From Lama guanicoe (taxonomy: Eukaryota): a stretch of DNA of 64,000 nt. A program made the translations under genes and the position numbers. Shown here one piece after another: positions 37,617 to 49,889 of the stretch. The notes under the pieces are model-generated. The model saw only the letters and a program-made list of their open reading frames with translations, did no database searches and had not been told where the DNA came from. Position 1 is the first letter of the stretch. Each line of letters begins with the position of its first letter. The DNA lies in NCBI GenBank assembly GCA_013239625.1, contig MU056262.1, forward strand, positions 7,354,134 through 7,418,133, in the 5' to 3' direction.

Positions 37617-37908
37617 ATGGGTCAGGAAAGAGGCCCGTAGGCCAAATCGAGCAGGCTGCCTCTTCTGTTAACTACAATGCTACCCACGCCCATGTATTTA
37701 CATATTGCCTGTGGCTGTGTTTGTTTATATATTTATTTCCTGTCTATGGCTGTATCTGTAACACAGCCAGGCAATTCCTTTACACGTTGTCCGGGGCTGT
37801 CTTTGCACAACAGCAGCAGGGCTGAGTCGTTGTGACAGAGACAGTATGGCCCGCAAAGCTGAAAATCTGTGCTGGCTGGTCCTTTAAGAAAAAGGTTTCT
37901 GACCCCTG
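37617..37908 (+). mobile_element. MER58A-like hAT MITE with internal repeats
   Basis: ggcccgtaggccaaatc…gagtcgttgtgacagagacagtatggcccgcaaagctgaaaat…tggtcctttaagaaaaaggtttctgacccctg. Confidence 0.85.
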
Positions 37909-38509
37909 AGAGAGAGGACCAAGCAGCTGAAGTGAGACGGACTTGCACTGAGCGGGTGCAGGGGACAGAGTGAGACAGGCTGGAGCGAGAAACGCCGGCG
38001 TTAAAATCAAACACACTTCATTACACAGGGTTTTCAGCCCCGGGGCCCACTGATTTCAGAGGAGAGTGAGTTACTGTCAGCCCTTCTCTACAGCACGATG
38101 GTAGATTATGTCTCCTCAGGTTTCCCTGCTGGTGGAGAAACCAGATACACCCCGGGAAGCCGTGGCCAGTCCATCTTGGCCTCCATCGCAGGGGCCTCAA
38201 GGAACTGGCAGGAACCGGTGCGGATGCAGGGAAATGTGGTTCTGCGAACTGTGGTCCAAGGTGTTACAGGAAACTCAGCCGGCCCCAGCTGTGGCCAGAG
38301 GCACAGCCAGCCACCCCCTCAGCGGACCAATTCATCCTGACACTGAGCCCCTGAGCAAAGGCTCCATTGTCGAGAGGTTGGCTGTAAATAACCGCCTTGT
38401 GCTGATTTCAGCATTTGTTCCTAAAACGTACGTTTTATGGTTCTGTCGACTCTCCAAGCCTGGCTGCTCTGATCCCACACATGAGTCACTAGTTGTCCCA
38501 ACCACCATT

Positions 38510-38725
38510 CTGATTAGGTGACTCCCGCCTCTGCTTGAATACCTCTGGTGATGGGGAGCTCACTCCCCCCAACACACATTCTTATGCAACTCTACTTGCC
38601 AGGAAGATACTCAGTGAACCGAGGTCACGCTTGCTTCCACAGGATGCCTGTCCACTCTCTGCCCGAGTGCTGTTACAGAGCCCGAGAGAAAGTCTCACCT
38701 GCGTCACCGTCACAGACCTTCAAAC
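38510..38725 (-). mobile_element. L3/CR1 LINE 3' fragment
   Basis: gcctctgcttgaatacctctggtgatggggagctcact…acagaccttcaaa is the L3 signature. Confidence 0.75.
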
Positions 38726-39499
38726 CTCTTCTTGGAGACGATCTTGGTTGGATATGTTGCTTGACTCCTTGGAGCCTCCATTCTCACATTTGCGCTAGGA
38801 AGGACCTGACTGAACAAGGAGACCACCTGTGAGGGCCAGTGTGGCAGTGCCTATCCAGCCTGTCCACAGTATCCCATATGATGCTCAAGCCTGTGGTGTG
38901 GGGTGGAGATCAGTTACTCTTATTCTAAAACTCAGGACTGAGGCTCAGAGGGTAACTGATGGGGCTGGGGAGGGGCTCAAATCCAAGCACATCCTACCTG
39001 ATGCTCTGTGGGTCTTGTCACTTCCCTCTCTGGAAAGTAGAGGACCCACCTGGGGACAAGGAAACCCTTAGGCCTCCCAACTCTGGATCTGAGGATCCCA
39101 GAACAGGCCTCTGGAGGCTTAAAATAAATCAGGTCAATCACAACCTCTCTTTGTTTAGAAAAATGAAGGGTTTTATCAACTTCTCCAATGGGAAGTCAGA
39201 TTTCCACCCTTGTCCCCATTTGATTATCCCTTCCCAGCTGCTACTGAGATCACAGCTTCAGAGATGGTTAAATGTTTGTCATATTTAACATTATTGTCCC
39301 CATTTTTCACACACCGGAAGGTGACTGATGCTTGTTGAAAGGCTGGGATTAAACCTCGGTTGTGTGTGCAGGCCAGTGTCCACACCACTGCCCAGACGTT
39401 TGTCGTTGGGGCGGTGCAGGACAGGGTCTTGTCACATGCAGGAGTGAGGCTGGGCAGCCAGGGACAAGGGCTCGTGGGGTGCTAAGTCCTCTGCCTACA

Positions 39500-39790
39500 T
39501 GTCCCTAACGGCCCCTGTTCTGTCTAGTTCTCCCCACCACCCTGCCCTTCCGGAGGTATGGCTCTGTCTCCTCCATTATTTCTGTCCTGTCCTCCGTGCC
39601 AGCATCTGTGGCTCCCCCCGCAAGCGTCTCCCCTCCTTCCCCCACAGCCACCAGCCGACCATTCCCAACTACATATCCAATCAGGTCACATCACTACTCA
39701 AAATCCTTCCGTGCCTTCCCATCGTTCCCAGGATAGACTCCAGACTCCAAGACACGTCCGAGCAAGGTCTGCTCTGCTTGACCTCTGCCT
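39500..39790 (+). mobile_element. L2 fragment
   Basis: caatcaggtcacatcactactcaaaatccttccgtgccttcccatcgttcccaggatagactccagactcc. Confidence 0.7.
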
Positions 39791-39822
39791 GCTCTGAAGC
39801 CTGGTCTGTGATGGCGACCCTG

Positions 39823-40481
39823 TGTTAGAGCAGGCAGATAGCTCGGTATGAGCAGAGAAAGGGGGACACAGACCAAATGGCAGAAATTGGGCAGAAAGGA
39901 GGCGCACAAGCCAAATGCAGGAAACCACACATTATGTAAGCACCAGGGGTCCCTGGGCAGAGAAAGAAAAAGCAAGAACCTCTGGGCTGCTAAGTGGTCA
40001 CAACTTTTGGGGTGATAAGCGGCCCAGAGGCCAACAAAGAAAGGTGGGAAAAGGCAGGAATCCCCAGTGTCTGAATGTAACCTTTTGCTCATTATGTCCT
40101 CGTTTCGATAGAATTAGCCTTGCAGATCAGAAGTACCCATCATGCACCGACGCCATGACACTCCCAATCCAGACTAAATAAGGACAGAAGTCCCTCCTCC
40201 CTTTGGGAAGGTGAAGTTGGGATGAAAATCGGGGAACACGACGCCAGACCCTTCCCTCCCTAATGAATATTCCCCCCATTCATTTTTACACCCTATGTAA
40301 CCAACTTGCCAAAGAAATTCGTGGCAGCTGCTCACCTGAGCCTGCCCACTCTCCCCTTGAGAGTGTACTATCTGTTACTTAATAAATCCTCACTTTACTT
40401 TTTTAACCTCAGTGTCCTGTCTCTAAACTCCTTCTGGGATGGGACAAGAACCTGGAATACCAATTACACCCACCGGCAACA
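39823..40481 (+). mobile_element. ERV1 solo LTR (659 bp; MER50/MER4-group-like 5' end)
   Basis: TGTT…AACA termini, perfect 4-bp TSD CCTG (39819-39822, 40482-40485), AATAAA 40381-40386. Confidence 0.9.
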
Positions 40482-40596
40482 CCTGCAGCCTCAGGCCTGG
40501 CCTCCGAGGGTTCGCTTCCAGTCACCCCCATGTTGTCAGACTCTAACCTCCGCACACGGCCCCCTCTGCCTGGAAGTGTCTTTCCAGCTCTCCAAG

Positions 40597-41080
40597 AGGG
40601 CGGATTTGGGAAGGCCACAGACGCCTGACCCATCTCCATCAACAGTGCCTTTGTTCTCTCCCCTTGAATCTGGGCAGGCTCTGTGGCTGCCTTGACCAGT
40701 GAGGTTCAGGGGAAGGAACACTCTGCCAGCTTGTGGCCCCAAAGCCTAGAGAGACTGGCAGCTGCCACCCCCTCTGTCGGAGCTCTGTGAAGCCATACAA
40801 GAAACCCACTGCCCCACTAGAGAGGCCGGCTCCCAGCGGCCCCCACCAAGGCTCTGGGCAGGCGGTGGGGGGGAGCTTTGTTGGATCCGCCAGATCAGAC
40901 TAGCTTCCAGGTGGATACTGTTAAATGACCTCAATTAAGGCCACATGGAGCAGAAGAATCACTCAAATGAGCCCTCTCCAAACTGCTGCCTCACAGACTT
41001 GTGAGATACAACAACATGGTGGTTGTTTTAAAGCACTAAGTTTTGGAGCAGCTAATTACACCATAACAGACAACCCAACA
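40597..41080 (+). mobile_element. MLT1H-like MaLR LTR
   Basis: ccccttgaatctgggcaggctctgtggctgccttgacc…ccacatggagcagaagaatc…ggttgttttaaagcactaagttttggagc…agacaacccaaca. Confidence 0.8.
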
Positions 41081-41109
41081 CTCTCTCCCCCGCCCCTCTG
41101 CTGTAACAG

Positions 41110-41365
41110 GCACGCCTCCTTTGGCTCAGACGTCCCTTCCTCCAGAAAGCCTTTTCTGACGACCCATGTCCATTTTAGGTGCCTCTGCTCTGTGTTCCTA
41201 CAGAAATCCCTGGCCCTCCCATCAGAATGTGCTGGTGGCTAACTTCTGTCTCCTGCTGCTTTACGAGGTCCCCAGAAGTGAGGATCTTAGCATTGGGCTT
41301 CCAACGGGGAGCACAGTAGTTGATCAGAAAATATTTCTTGACTAAGTGAATGCACAAATAAATGA
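41110..41365 (+). mobile_element. L2 3' end
   Basis: ttcctccagaaagccttttctgac…agcacagtagttgatcagaaaatatttcttgactaagtgaatg. Confidence 0.7.
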
Positions 41366-42913
41366 AACACCAGGGACAACTAAGAGGTTCTGGTTAGGGG
41401 TGAGAGGTAATCTAAGGACACAGAACCAAATTCTTAGAGCCAGCAGGCAGGCTTAAATGAGTCTCCATCAAGGCTAAGAGGGAACGGATGCATACATTAC
41501 GTCCAGCCCGAGGAGGCTAGATTTACATAGTCCAACAAAAACATGAGTGACTATGTGACCACTGAACATCACTAAACATCTCTCTCTGTGATCAGCAGTC
41601 CCTACCAGTGTTATGTGATAAGGCGGTTGACAGCCTCCCCCTACCCCGAGCGACTCCCCCTGTAGACAGCACGAGCACTCACCTGAACACCAGGCCTAGT
41701 TTACTTGTGGCATTCACTTGGTCAAAAAGCATGTATTGAACATCTCCTGTGTACCGGATGCTTTGTCATTTGGAGCCAAAAAACACAAGGTCAGCAGGAC
41801 CATAACGGCCAGACCAGGAGCAGCCCAAACAGACTGAGCGCTGATCAGGGAAGGCCACTCCTTTGCAGGTGACTTGAGATGAGTTCTGGAGGAAAGGCAG
41901 AGAGATCCTGGCATCCCTTACTTCTCAGTCACTAAGGAACAGACTGCTCGTGGCCGATAATTAAGAAATTAAAAGCAGCTGGGATTGGAGCTGAGAAAGG
42001 GAGGTCTCCTCTGGTGGGGCAGGTGCAGATGCTTCTCAGAAAAGAGAAATAAAACAGGCAAAGCCCAGGGCCTTCGGTGATGGAGGAAGGCTGGGACCTG
42101 TTAAAGAGGAGAAAAATGAAAAGCTTCAGGCAAAACCCAGAGTTAAAGCTTAATTAAGAAAAGCCGGCATTTTAGGTTCACACAAATAAGCAAACAGAAT
42201 CCCCTCGGCCCCTCCTCTGATCATCACCAAGTAATTGCTTTAAAGCTGTGGTTTGCTTGGCTTGGACGATCCTTAAATACATGTTGATAAAAAGTCGTGG
42301 AGATATTAGTGAGTGGAGAGCAGATCCTCCTGCACACCTCAGTTCCTAGCTTGTCCTTGGCTGTGTGTGCCTGGGCAGGTAACCCCCACCCGTGGGGCCC
42401 TGTTTCCCTCTCCGCCACCGGGGCGTGGGGAGATGGAGTTGAATGGATCCTGAGTCCCTTCTCATCCTGGAATTCTGTGACCTACTCTGATGTTTTGGCA
42501 TGAACTCACTTTGAGTCCAATCCTGGGGTCACTCCATCACTTACTACCTGTGAGATCTAAGGCACGGCAAAAAAAAAAGAGAAAAAAGAAAAAATTTCTT
42601 ATAGGACTCAAAACTTTAATGGCATTTCCATAATAGTTAGGAAAGAGAACAAGCCCTCAAGAAGAAAGCAAAATGCCAAGATCTCCATACCACGATTATT
42701 TTTAATCTATGAAACAGGATTTCCTTACAAATTAAGTAGCTTTTATAGTAGTGACACTTATCATTGATGTGATGTTTAATATGACTGTAGTCAGAAGGGA
42801 AGTTGGGCCAGTTGTTTTTCCAGAAATTGAAAAAAGTACCATCACAAAGAGAAGAAAGAGAAAGATTTGTATCTATCTTTCTGAGACATGTAAGGTGAGA
42901 TGGCGTCTCACAG

Positions 42914-42967
42914 GTGGAGAGTTTGCGGATATTGCTGGAGGAACGAGAGACGCTCTCCAGTGGGCAG
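42914..42967 (+). other. Exon-like 54-bp segment (VESLRILLEERETLSSGQ; unverified)
   Basis: gtctcacag| acceptor, CAG|gtactc donor, symmetric phase 0, helix-like peptide. Confidence 0.15.
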
Positions 42968-43789
42968 GTACTCCCTCTACCCCAAACACTGCTATTTTGG
43001 CCAGAAATTTTTGCCCCACCAGTCACCAGTGGGTGTGTTTGATCTTTGCTCCTGATTAGAAGGGCTAAAATGAGAGAATCCTGGACTCTCCACCCTTAGC
43101 ACTTTGATCTTTGTTTTTCCTCACCTTCAGATTAGAATTTTTAACGCAGACCCCCTAACTCTGAGAATTAGGGCAACCAAAGTCCAAAGCATCAGTATAC
43201 AGGAAAGTTAATCTTCTTTTTCCACCAGAGAGGAGAGCGGCTGATGTCTACCACAGGGGCACCACCCAAGCCAGTCACCGTCAACAACTCCAGAAGGCTG
43301 AGTGGTGCGCTCACGGAGGGGGGGCCGGCGGGCCCCGCAGGTGCCCGTCCTTGCTGTGCTGCCATGTGGAGCAATGCTCTTCCTCCCTGTGCTCCTCTTG
43401 CTGAACTGATCATCCCTCTTTCCTCTTCTGGCCGTGACTTGGGAGCCCCTACCTCCTCGATGCTGCCCCAGAGCCCAGGTTCAGGGCTGGTTTTCCAGCT
43501 ACCATGAAACCCTTCAGGATGCATCACAATTACCTGTCTCTGTCCCCCCCATGCACTCCCACTACTCCCAGGACTGGAAGCTCTGGGAGGGCAGGGACCA
43601 CATGGGTTTCCTTCACTGCTTCGTCTCCCAAATGTTGTCTGGCATGTTGTAGCAACTCCATGACTATGACCTAAATCCATTTTTTAAGTCACTCCAACCC
43701 TCCTCCTGCACTGCACTAGCTAACTGTGTCATCTTAGGCCAGACAAAACACACCTCTCTAGTCTCACCTGTGAAATGGGCTCGCCAGTA

Positions 43790-44523
43790 GCTGGCACACT
43801 GAATCACAGTTAGACCACCAATTGTACGATGCCTGTTTTCTCATAGATCACTTAGAAAGAAAGCGGATACTGCCGAAACACTCTGACCTGATGTTTTAAA
43901 TCGCTTGGCTTTTTCATTGTAGAATTAGTTTAGTACCTCTTTGAGGCTTAATGGGCATAATTTTATTCCATGTCACTCTTGAGCACCTATAAAAAGGAAA
44001 AATTATCAAGGAATCCAATTGGTTGAACTATTCGTAAGTCTTCTTCATATTCAGAGTCATTTTGTGATTCAGAATCCTGAATTAGATAACTCTGCAAACA
44101 ACACGGTGCTCGATGTCATCAAGGTTGTTGGTGATGCAGTCTTCCTTACAAGAATCCTTGAAAGAACCAAAAATCATGTTTGCCGAGTGTTTAATCTGGC
44201 TTTGCAGGGAGGCCGTGCTGATCTGCTACGATGTCTGCTTCCAGAATATCGCTCAATACCTCTGATTTGCCAACTCTGCCACACTTTCTCCACAATTATG
44301 TGATTCCTGGTTATAAAAGGATGCTCTGCTTCTGGAATTTTCTCCCAAGCTGCGGACACCCATTCTGTGAGTTTCGATGCTGGTACAAGCACAGACAATG
44401 ACAAGTGCATCACAGTGTGACATGACCAGCAGCAATCACACAATGACATCAGTGAGGAGGCACAGCCCCATTTCGAGACATTAATGAAGAAAAAATATCC
44501 ATCTTGATATTGATGAATTACAG
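43790..44523 (-). mobile_element. Kanga-like TcMar-Tc2 DNA transposon (deleted derivative) inserted in a MIR
   Basis: Tc2-type terminus atcttgatattgatgaattacag|ta; transposase remnants PASKLTEWVSAAWEKIPE and CITNNLDDIE; TA on both flanks; MIR halves on either side. Confidence 0.8.
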
Positions 44524-45365
44524 TACTTCATGGGGGCTGTTTTTAGAATGAAAGCATGACTTTTTTTTTGAAAACCCTCTAGCATAGTGCCTTGTACATG
44601 GTGGAAACTAACATCATTTTTCTGTCTTTTTTTTTTTTTGCAAGCCTGGAGACGTTACCTCTGATTGTAAGTCTCCTGACTATGATGAGCAGTTGATGGA
44701 AGAGAGAGAAGGATTCAGTACAGAGAATGAGCATCTGATGGGAAACAGGAAAAAAAATAAGAGGAACTACAAGGCAGTGGGTTTCTAAGCCTACCTCTAT
44801 AGTCATTTTGTAATTTATTACCCAAACCAGGACACTTCTGAGAGTAAAAAAGATCACTCTGAATAATCTCACTGGGACCACACTCAAAAACTGGGGCTGA
44901 CCCAGAAGAGACTGGATGTGCAACAACCCGCTATATCCCATCTTCCATCCTGAGAGTCAGGCTGAAATCAGATGCAAAAGTTACTGTGCTTGGGCTGGGA
45001 ATGCCTTTCTCCAAAACCAGGAAGGCCACAAGATAACTGGTGGGCATTCAGGCACTGCTGGCTCCCATCCCAGGAAGGCTTAACAATAAATCCCCAAACT
45101 GGTTAAAATCCGAAGCTGCAGTCTGTGGGAGATGCCCCCCTTCCCCAGCTGTTATTTATGGTGCAGAGAAAAGGAGCCACATCGGTGATGGATCGGCCTT
45201 TATCGGATAAAAATGGGAGGAACAGTGAAAGATCATGGTGAGATATTGTGCAGAATTTCAGGAGGACACTTTGAAAACGTGTATTAGAGAAAATGAATTT
45301 TTCACTGGCTAAAATGTATCCATTTACAGTCGGGACATCCATATATTTATGGGTGTTTTTAGCTC

Positions 45366-45513
45366 NNNNNNNNNNNNNNNNNNNNNNNNNNNNNNNNNNN
45401 NNNNNNNNNNNNNNNNNNNNNNNNNNNNNNNNNNNNNNNNNNNNNNNNNNNNNNNNNNNNNNNNNNNNNNNNNNNNNNNNNNNNNNNNNNNNNNNNNNNN
45501 NNNNNNNNNNNNN
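45366..45513. other. Assembly gap / masked run (148 N)
   Basis: Run of N. Confidence 0.99.
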
Positions 45514-45599
45514 ACTGGAAATTCTACTGCCCAGAAGGTTACTCCATGTCTATCTTCTTAAAAGAATGTATCTCAGAGAGAAAGAAACCCATGGGTGGT

Positions 45600-45850
45600 T
45601 TGAAAGCACCCAAGGTTGGATGCTGATGGGGGTGACGAAAGATGGGGGTGAAGAAAGTAGCTTGGCCATGTAACTCCATCTCCCTTTTCCAAATGAAGAC
45701 TTTGCCGTCACGTCTTTGAATGTTATCTCTTTGAGGACTCTAGTTCTCAATCTCCTAATTGTTTTCTTCATTCTCCTGTCTCTTTCCTTGTCTGAGGTTT
45801 TCTGTGGACTGCAACCAATTGACATCTGCAACGTCACTTTGATCATCGCC
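45600..45850 (-). mobile_element. Possible highly diverged CR1/L3 ORF2 C-terminal fragment
   Basis: Peptide SPQKTSDKERDRRMKKTIRRL…SSFGKGRW weakly parallels CR1 WxPxxKKDIxxLERVQRRATKMI…FSLEKRRL. Confidence 0.3.
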
Positions 45851-46159
45851 TCCCTCTGGGATGCCAAGATGCCACAGAGTGGAAAGTACACACAAGTCGG
45901 AGACAGGCAGACCTGCTCAAATCTCTTTTCTGACGCTTTGTGCTGTGTGACCTGTGGCAAGCTCTTGGACCTCTCTGAGCCTTGGGCTAACCTCTCCATG
46001 AAATGGGGTTATCACAAAACCACCAATCCCTTCTGTGCATAACTTTCCTTCATCACTAGAAATGTCTGCTTCATCCTGAGCTGAGGTCTTCTCCCTGTAG
46101 GTTCCCTCATCAATTAAAAACATGGCTCATAGTGTTCAACTTACTATGATTTCAACCTA

Positions 46160-46870
46160 GGGAAAAACATTATTTGCAACATGTAATAGCTCCCTTAATA
46201 TATAAAGAGTTCTAAGATGTTAATAAGAAAAGTATAGCCCAAGTAAAATCATCATCATCATAGGAATAACAGGAAAAGGACATGAGCAGGAAATAGTCAA
46301 AAGAAGAAACAAGAATGACCAACCAAAAATGAATATTTAAAAAAAGAAAATCATCCAAACTGGTCAATAAAGAAAGAGAAATTAAAACAATGCCTGTGCA
46401 CTTTTACAAGGTCGGAAAGAACAATACTAAGTGCTGAAAACTATTGCTCATGAGGCTGTAAAATTGGTAGAACTTTTCTGGATGGCAGTGTCAGATATCT
46501 CTGCAGAGTCCTAGATATTCGCAAACACTATGACTCTAAAATTGCATTCAAGAAATGTATCTCAAGGACAGTGTTTTTCTGAAGTGTACAAATATTTCTA
46601 TATAATGATGTTTATCATGTTATTTAAATTACAGAAAATGGGAAAACATTCTAAATGTCCAACAACAAAAGATGGGTCATGTAAAGTAAGATCAAATGTA
46701 ATTCATTGCAGACATTTAAAATTACGCTTTGGAGAAAATTTAGTAACAAGCATATGTGCGTAAAACAATTATCGGGATACACAGTTATCTCTGGGTGGTG
46801 GGATTATGAATGACTGGTCTCCTCTTTTCTTTGCCTATTTCTGCATTTTTGAAATTTTCATTTTAAAGGA
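46160..46870 (+). mobile_element. Ancient L1 (L1ME-type) 3' fragment
   Basis: atatataaagagttc…ggacatgagcagg…attaaaacaatg…ctaaatgtccaacaa…gttatctctgggtggtgggattatg. Confidence 0.8.
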
Positions 46871-48059
46871 AGAAAGGAGAAAAGAACAGAAATGAGCAGG
46901 AGAAAAGAGTGGACACTGCCAAGAGAAAGCTTTGTTCCTACCAGGCTCTCTACTGGACGCCAACCCAAACAGCAGAATGAGTCAGGAGACAGGAGGGGGG
47001 GCTGGGTGACTTGCCCCTGACATCCTGTGTGAGATTCTGCTCTTTCCTTCACCTCGCTGCACCGCGGTTTTCCTCCTTGTCCGATGAGGATGAGCGCCGC
47101 CGGGCCAGCGTCTGCATGGGGTTGCTGTGACAATCAAAAGGGATGCCGTGTGTGAAAGCCCTCATAAAACTGCAAAGTGCTCTCAAGTCCTGGGAAGTGT
47201 AATTATTGCCTTCGTTAGTGCGATCATTCTCTCTCGCTCCCCATTATCCTCTGCTGGAGAGCTGCTCGTCAGGCTCTGAAGTGCACTCAGTATTTCCACA
47301 TAGGCAAAGCGAAGTGCACCAGGCTGCCCAGTCCTGTTTCAACAGATCTGGACTCAACCCATGACCGAGCAGGCACCAAAGACCTCTGTGGCTGCAGGAT
47401 GGGAGCCCGCGTGGTTCTACGAGAACCAACTTGGCATTGGGCTACCGAGGTCGGAGTTCAAGTTGTCCATTGTAACAACTCGCTCGACCTGCCTGCGTCC
47501 CATTCATTCACCTGTGAAATGGCGATGGTAACGCCAGTCCTAATTCTATCACATGGTCGTTTGGGAGGATGTCTCCAAAGCACGTGCATGTTTCTTGGTG
47601 ATGAACAACCCGCGTGGACAGAAATGACACTGAAATTGCTCTGTGGCCTCGGCCATGGTATCCAAAATACAAGCCCTACAGGACGTGCTTCCTCTTGAAG
47701 TTAACAAGCAAGATGTGAAACAGAGGCTATGTGAGCAGATTTTTCAGACTCACTGGATTTTAAACAATAATATTATTACAATAAAATAAGGTTTTGTAAG
47801 ACTTCTCAAAGGCTTCAGTAGGCTCTTGTATGTGTGAATTGGTTTCCTGTTCCTCTGCACAAAACTGGTAAGTGTTGACCTGAAACAAAACTGACTGCAA
47901 GGGCCCCTGCTGGGTTCCAAGCTCGCTTCTCAGATGCCTTGCACTCCTGAGCTCTTTTATACAGAACCAAAGACGTAGCATCTAGTTTCCCTCAAAGGAA
48001 GTATCACTCTTACCCATTTAGGCATGTTAATGCCAACATGTCTTCTCTATTTGTTTTGA

Positions 48060-48235
48060 ATTAATCCATCCATCCATCCATCCATACGTCCGTCCCTCCA
48101 TTTACTCCTGTTTAACAGAGTGAAAAACCGAGGATCAAGAAGATGAAGTAATTTGCCTCAGGGTAAGTAGAGCTTAGTTTCAAACCTAGATACATCAGAT
48201 TCCAAGGTCGGCTGTCTTTTCACTGTATCACAGGC
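48060..48235 (-). mobile_element. (CCAT)n microsatellite followed by MIR
   Basis: atccatccatccatccatcca; aacagagtgaaaaaccgagg…aagtaatttgcctcagggt…tttcaaacctag…cagattccaagg. Confidence 0.7.
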
Positions 48236-49367
48236 CCCCACCTCCCACCACTGTGACCAGACCCCAGAGCCCAGACTCCAGCAAGTCAGGAAGTCAAAAC
48301 AGAAGTAGGAGAGGAGAAGGAAGCCACATCGAGACGGACACCCAGGAGCAGCCATGAGTCCTGGAGTAGTGGGAATCCAGCCAGTGCAGGGGAGCTGGGA
48401 GCCCCCTCCATCCTGTGGGTGTGAGTGGAGCCTTAGAACTGGGCTCATCACGCTGGTGGCGGATGTATGGGGCCCTCAATGAGCCTGTTTGCTTCTCAAT
48501 CAATTGTGACGCCCGTGTGTTAGGATGCTCTGAGAATTCAATGAGCGAATGTATATAAAAGCCTGCGCAAAGGTCTTGTCTCAGGGCTCAGGAAACGGTA
48601 CTTGCCCCGTTTCATCCCAGGTCTGTGTGGCCTGGACACACACTGGTTTCCATGGGTGGAGTCACCACTTACTTGATGCCCATCACAGGTCAAGGGTGTT
48701 TTATGGATAAAAACAAGGTTCCTCCCTGTAAAGGACCAGAGCCTATTTGACCTCACTCATGTCTTTGCTTTTCTTGGCAGGGAGGACTTGATGCATCAAG
48801 AGACTGCTTTACAAGCTCTGTAAAATCAGCCGAAACGTCCAAGGCCTGCCTGAGTCTGACGAGAAGAGTGTCAGAGAGCAAGTTCACGAACTCTGAGAAG
48901 GGAACACCAGGTCTAAGAATCATGCTGCTACTATTATTAATAACAGTACCAACAGCAGCAGCCTTGGCCAAAGCCGCATTAGGCCTCCTAATGCTATCTT
49001 TCCTCAAGTCTGATTTTCATTTGTTAACCTATACCGAATGAGAAGACTTTCTGTTCCCTGAAAGGCCCTGCGTCCTCCTTCTGCGTTTTGTTCATTAGAA
49101 GAAAAAGAAGAAAGTATTTCTTGTTAAAGACTGTCCCGCGCTGCAAAGGGCACCGGATACGAGGACCGTGTTTTCAGTCGAGGACATGGGGAGCAGAAAA
49201 GCTTCACTAATTATGTTACTAATTACTGAAACATCTTCCATTTGACAACGTAATTGTGCCAGAGTGAGGTCAGACGTCTCAATTACAGAGGGAAAGATGC
49301 CCCCTCCCAATCCCCCTTCCCCTTGCTGTTATTTACGAAACTTTTTTCTCAACACAGAGGTTATTTC

Positions 49368-49368
<1 letters not shown>

Positions 49369-49407
<39 letters not shown>
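49369..49407 (+). repeat. poly(A) run, A39
   Basis: Directly visible homopolymer. Confidence 0.95.
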
Positions 49408-49409
<2 letters not shown>

Positions 49410-49889
49410 AGCCGCACGCCTCTCTCTCAAACCATGCCAGGCCAGGTAAAGTCTGATTCGTTTTCCCTCCAACAGCAGGAAGTCCATAAAAAAGTGAGGT
49501 GTGCTCAAAGGAAACGGACCTTTCAGGGACTCTCCGCCCACTCTATTGTCCCCTGGTTAAGGGTCAGTTCTCAGCAGTGTGTGATCTTTAAGACTGTTCC
49601 AGAAAGATAAAAAATTGTGAAGGCAAATAATAGCTCGCTCTTGTGGTCATGTTCTGAACACACCAGATCTGACGTGGACATCAGCTTTGCGATGCCTCCA
49701 GGTAGTCAGACTGGCAGAGGCAAGACAGGTGCGGAGGTAAAGAGACTGGCACAAGGGAGTGGATGAGACACAGCGGGTGAGTGACAATTAATGGAATCCC
49801 TGCACCCAGCAACTTGGCAAGTTGATGGTGAAGCAGCCCTGACTCTCTCCCCCATCCTCCTGAAGCCCCCGTTTCCTAAGTGGTAAAAT

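Noticed and set aside
27291-38393. Exact 14-bp inverted pair GGTTATTTACAGCC / GGCTGTAAATAACC 11 kb apart
   Set aside because: Several 14-mer matches are expected by chance at this window size; no extension or TSD, so not transposon ends.
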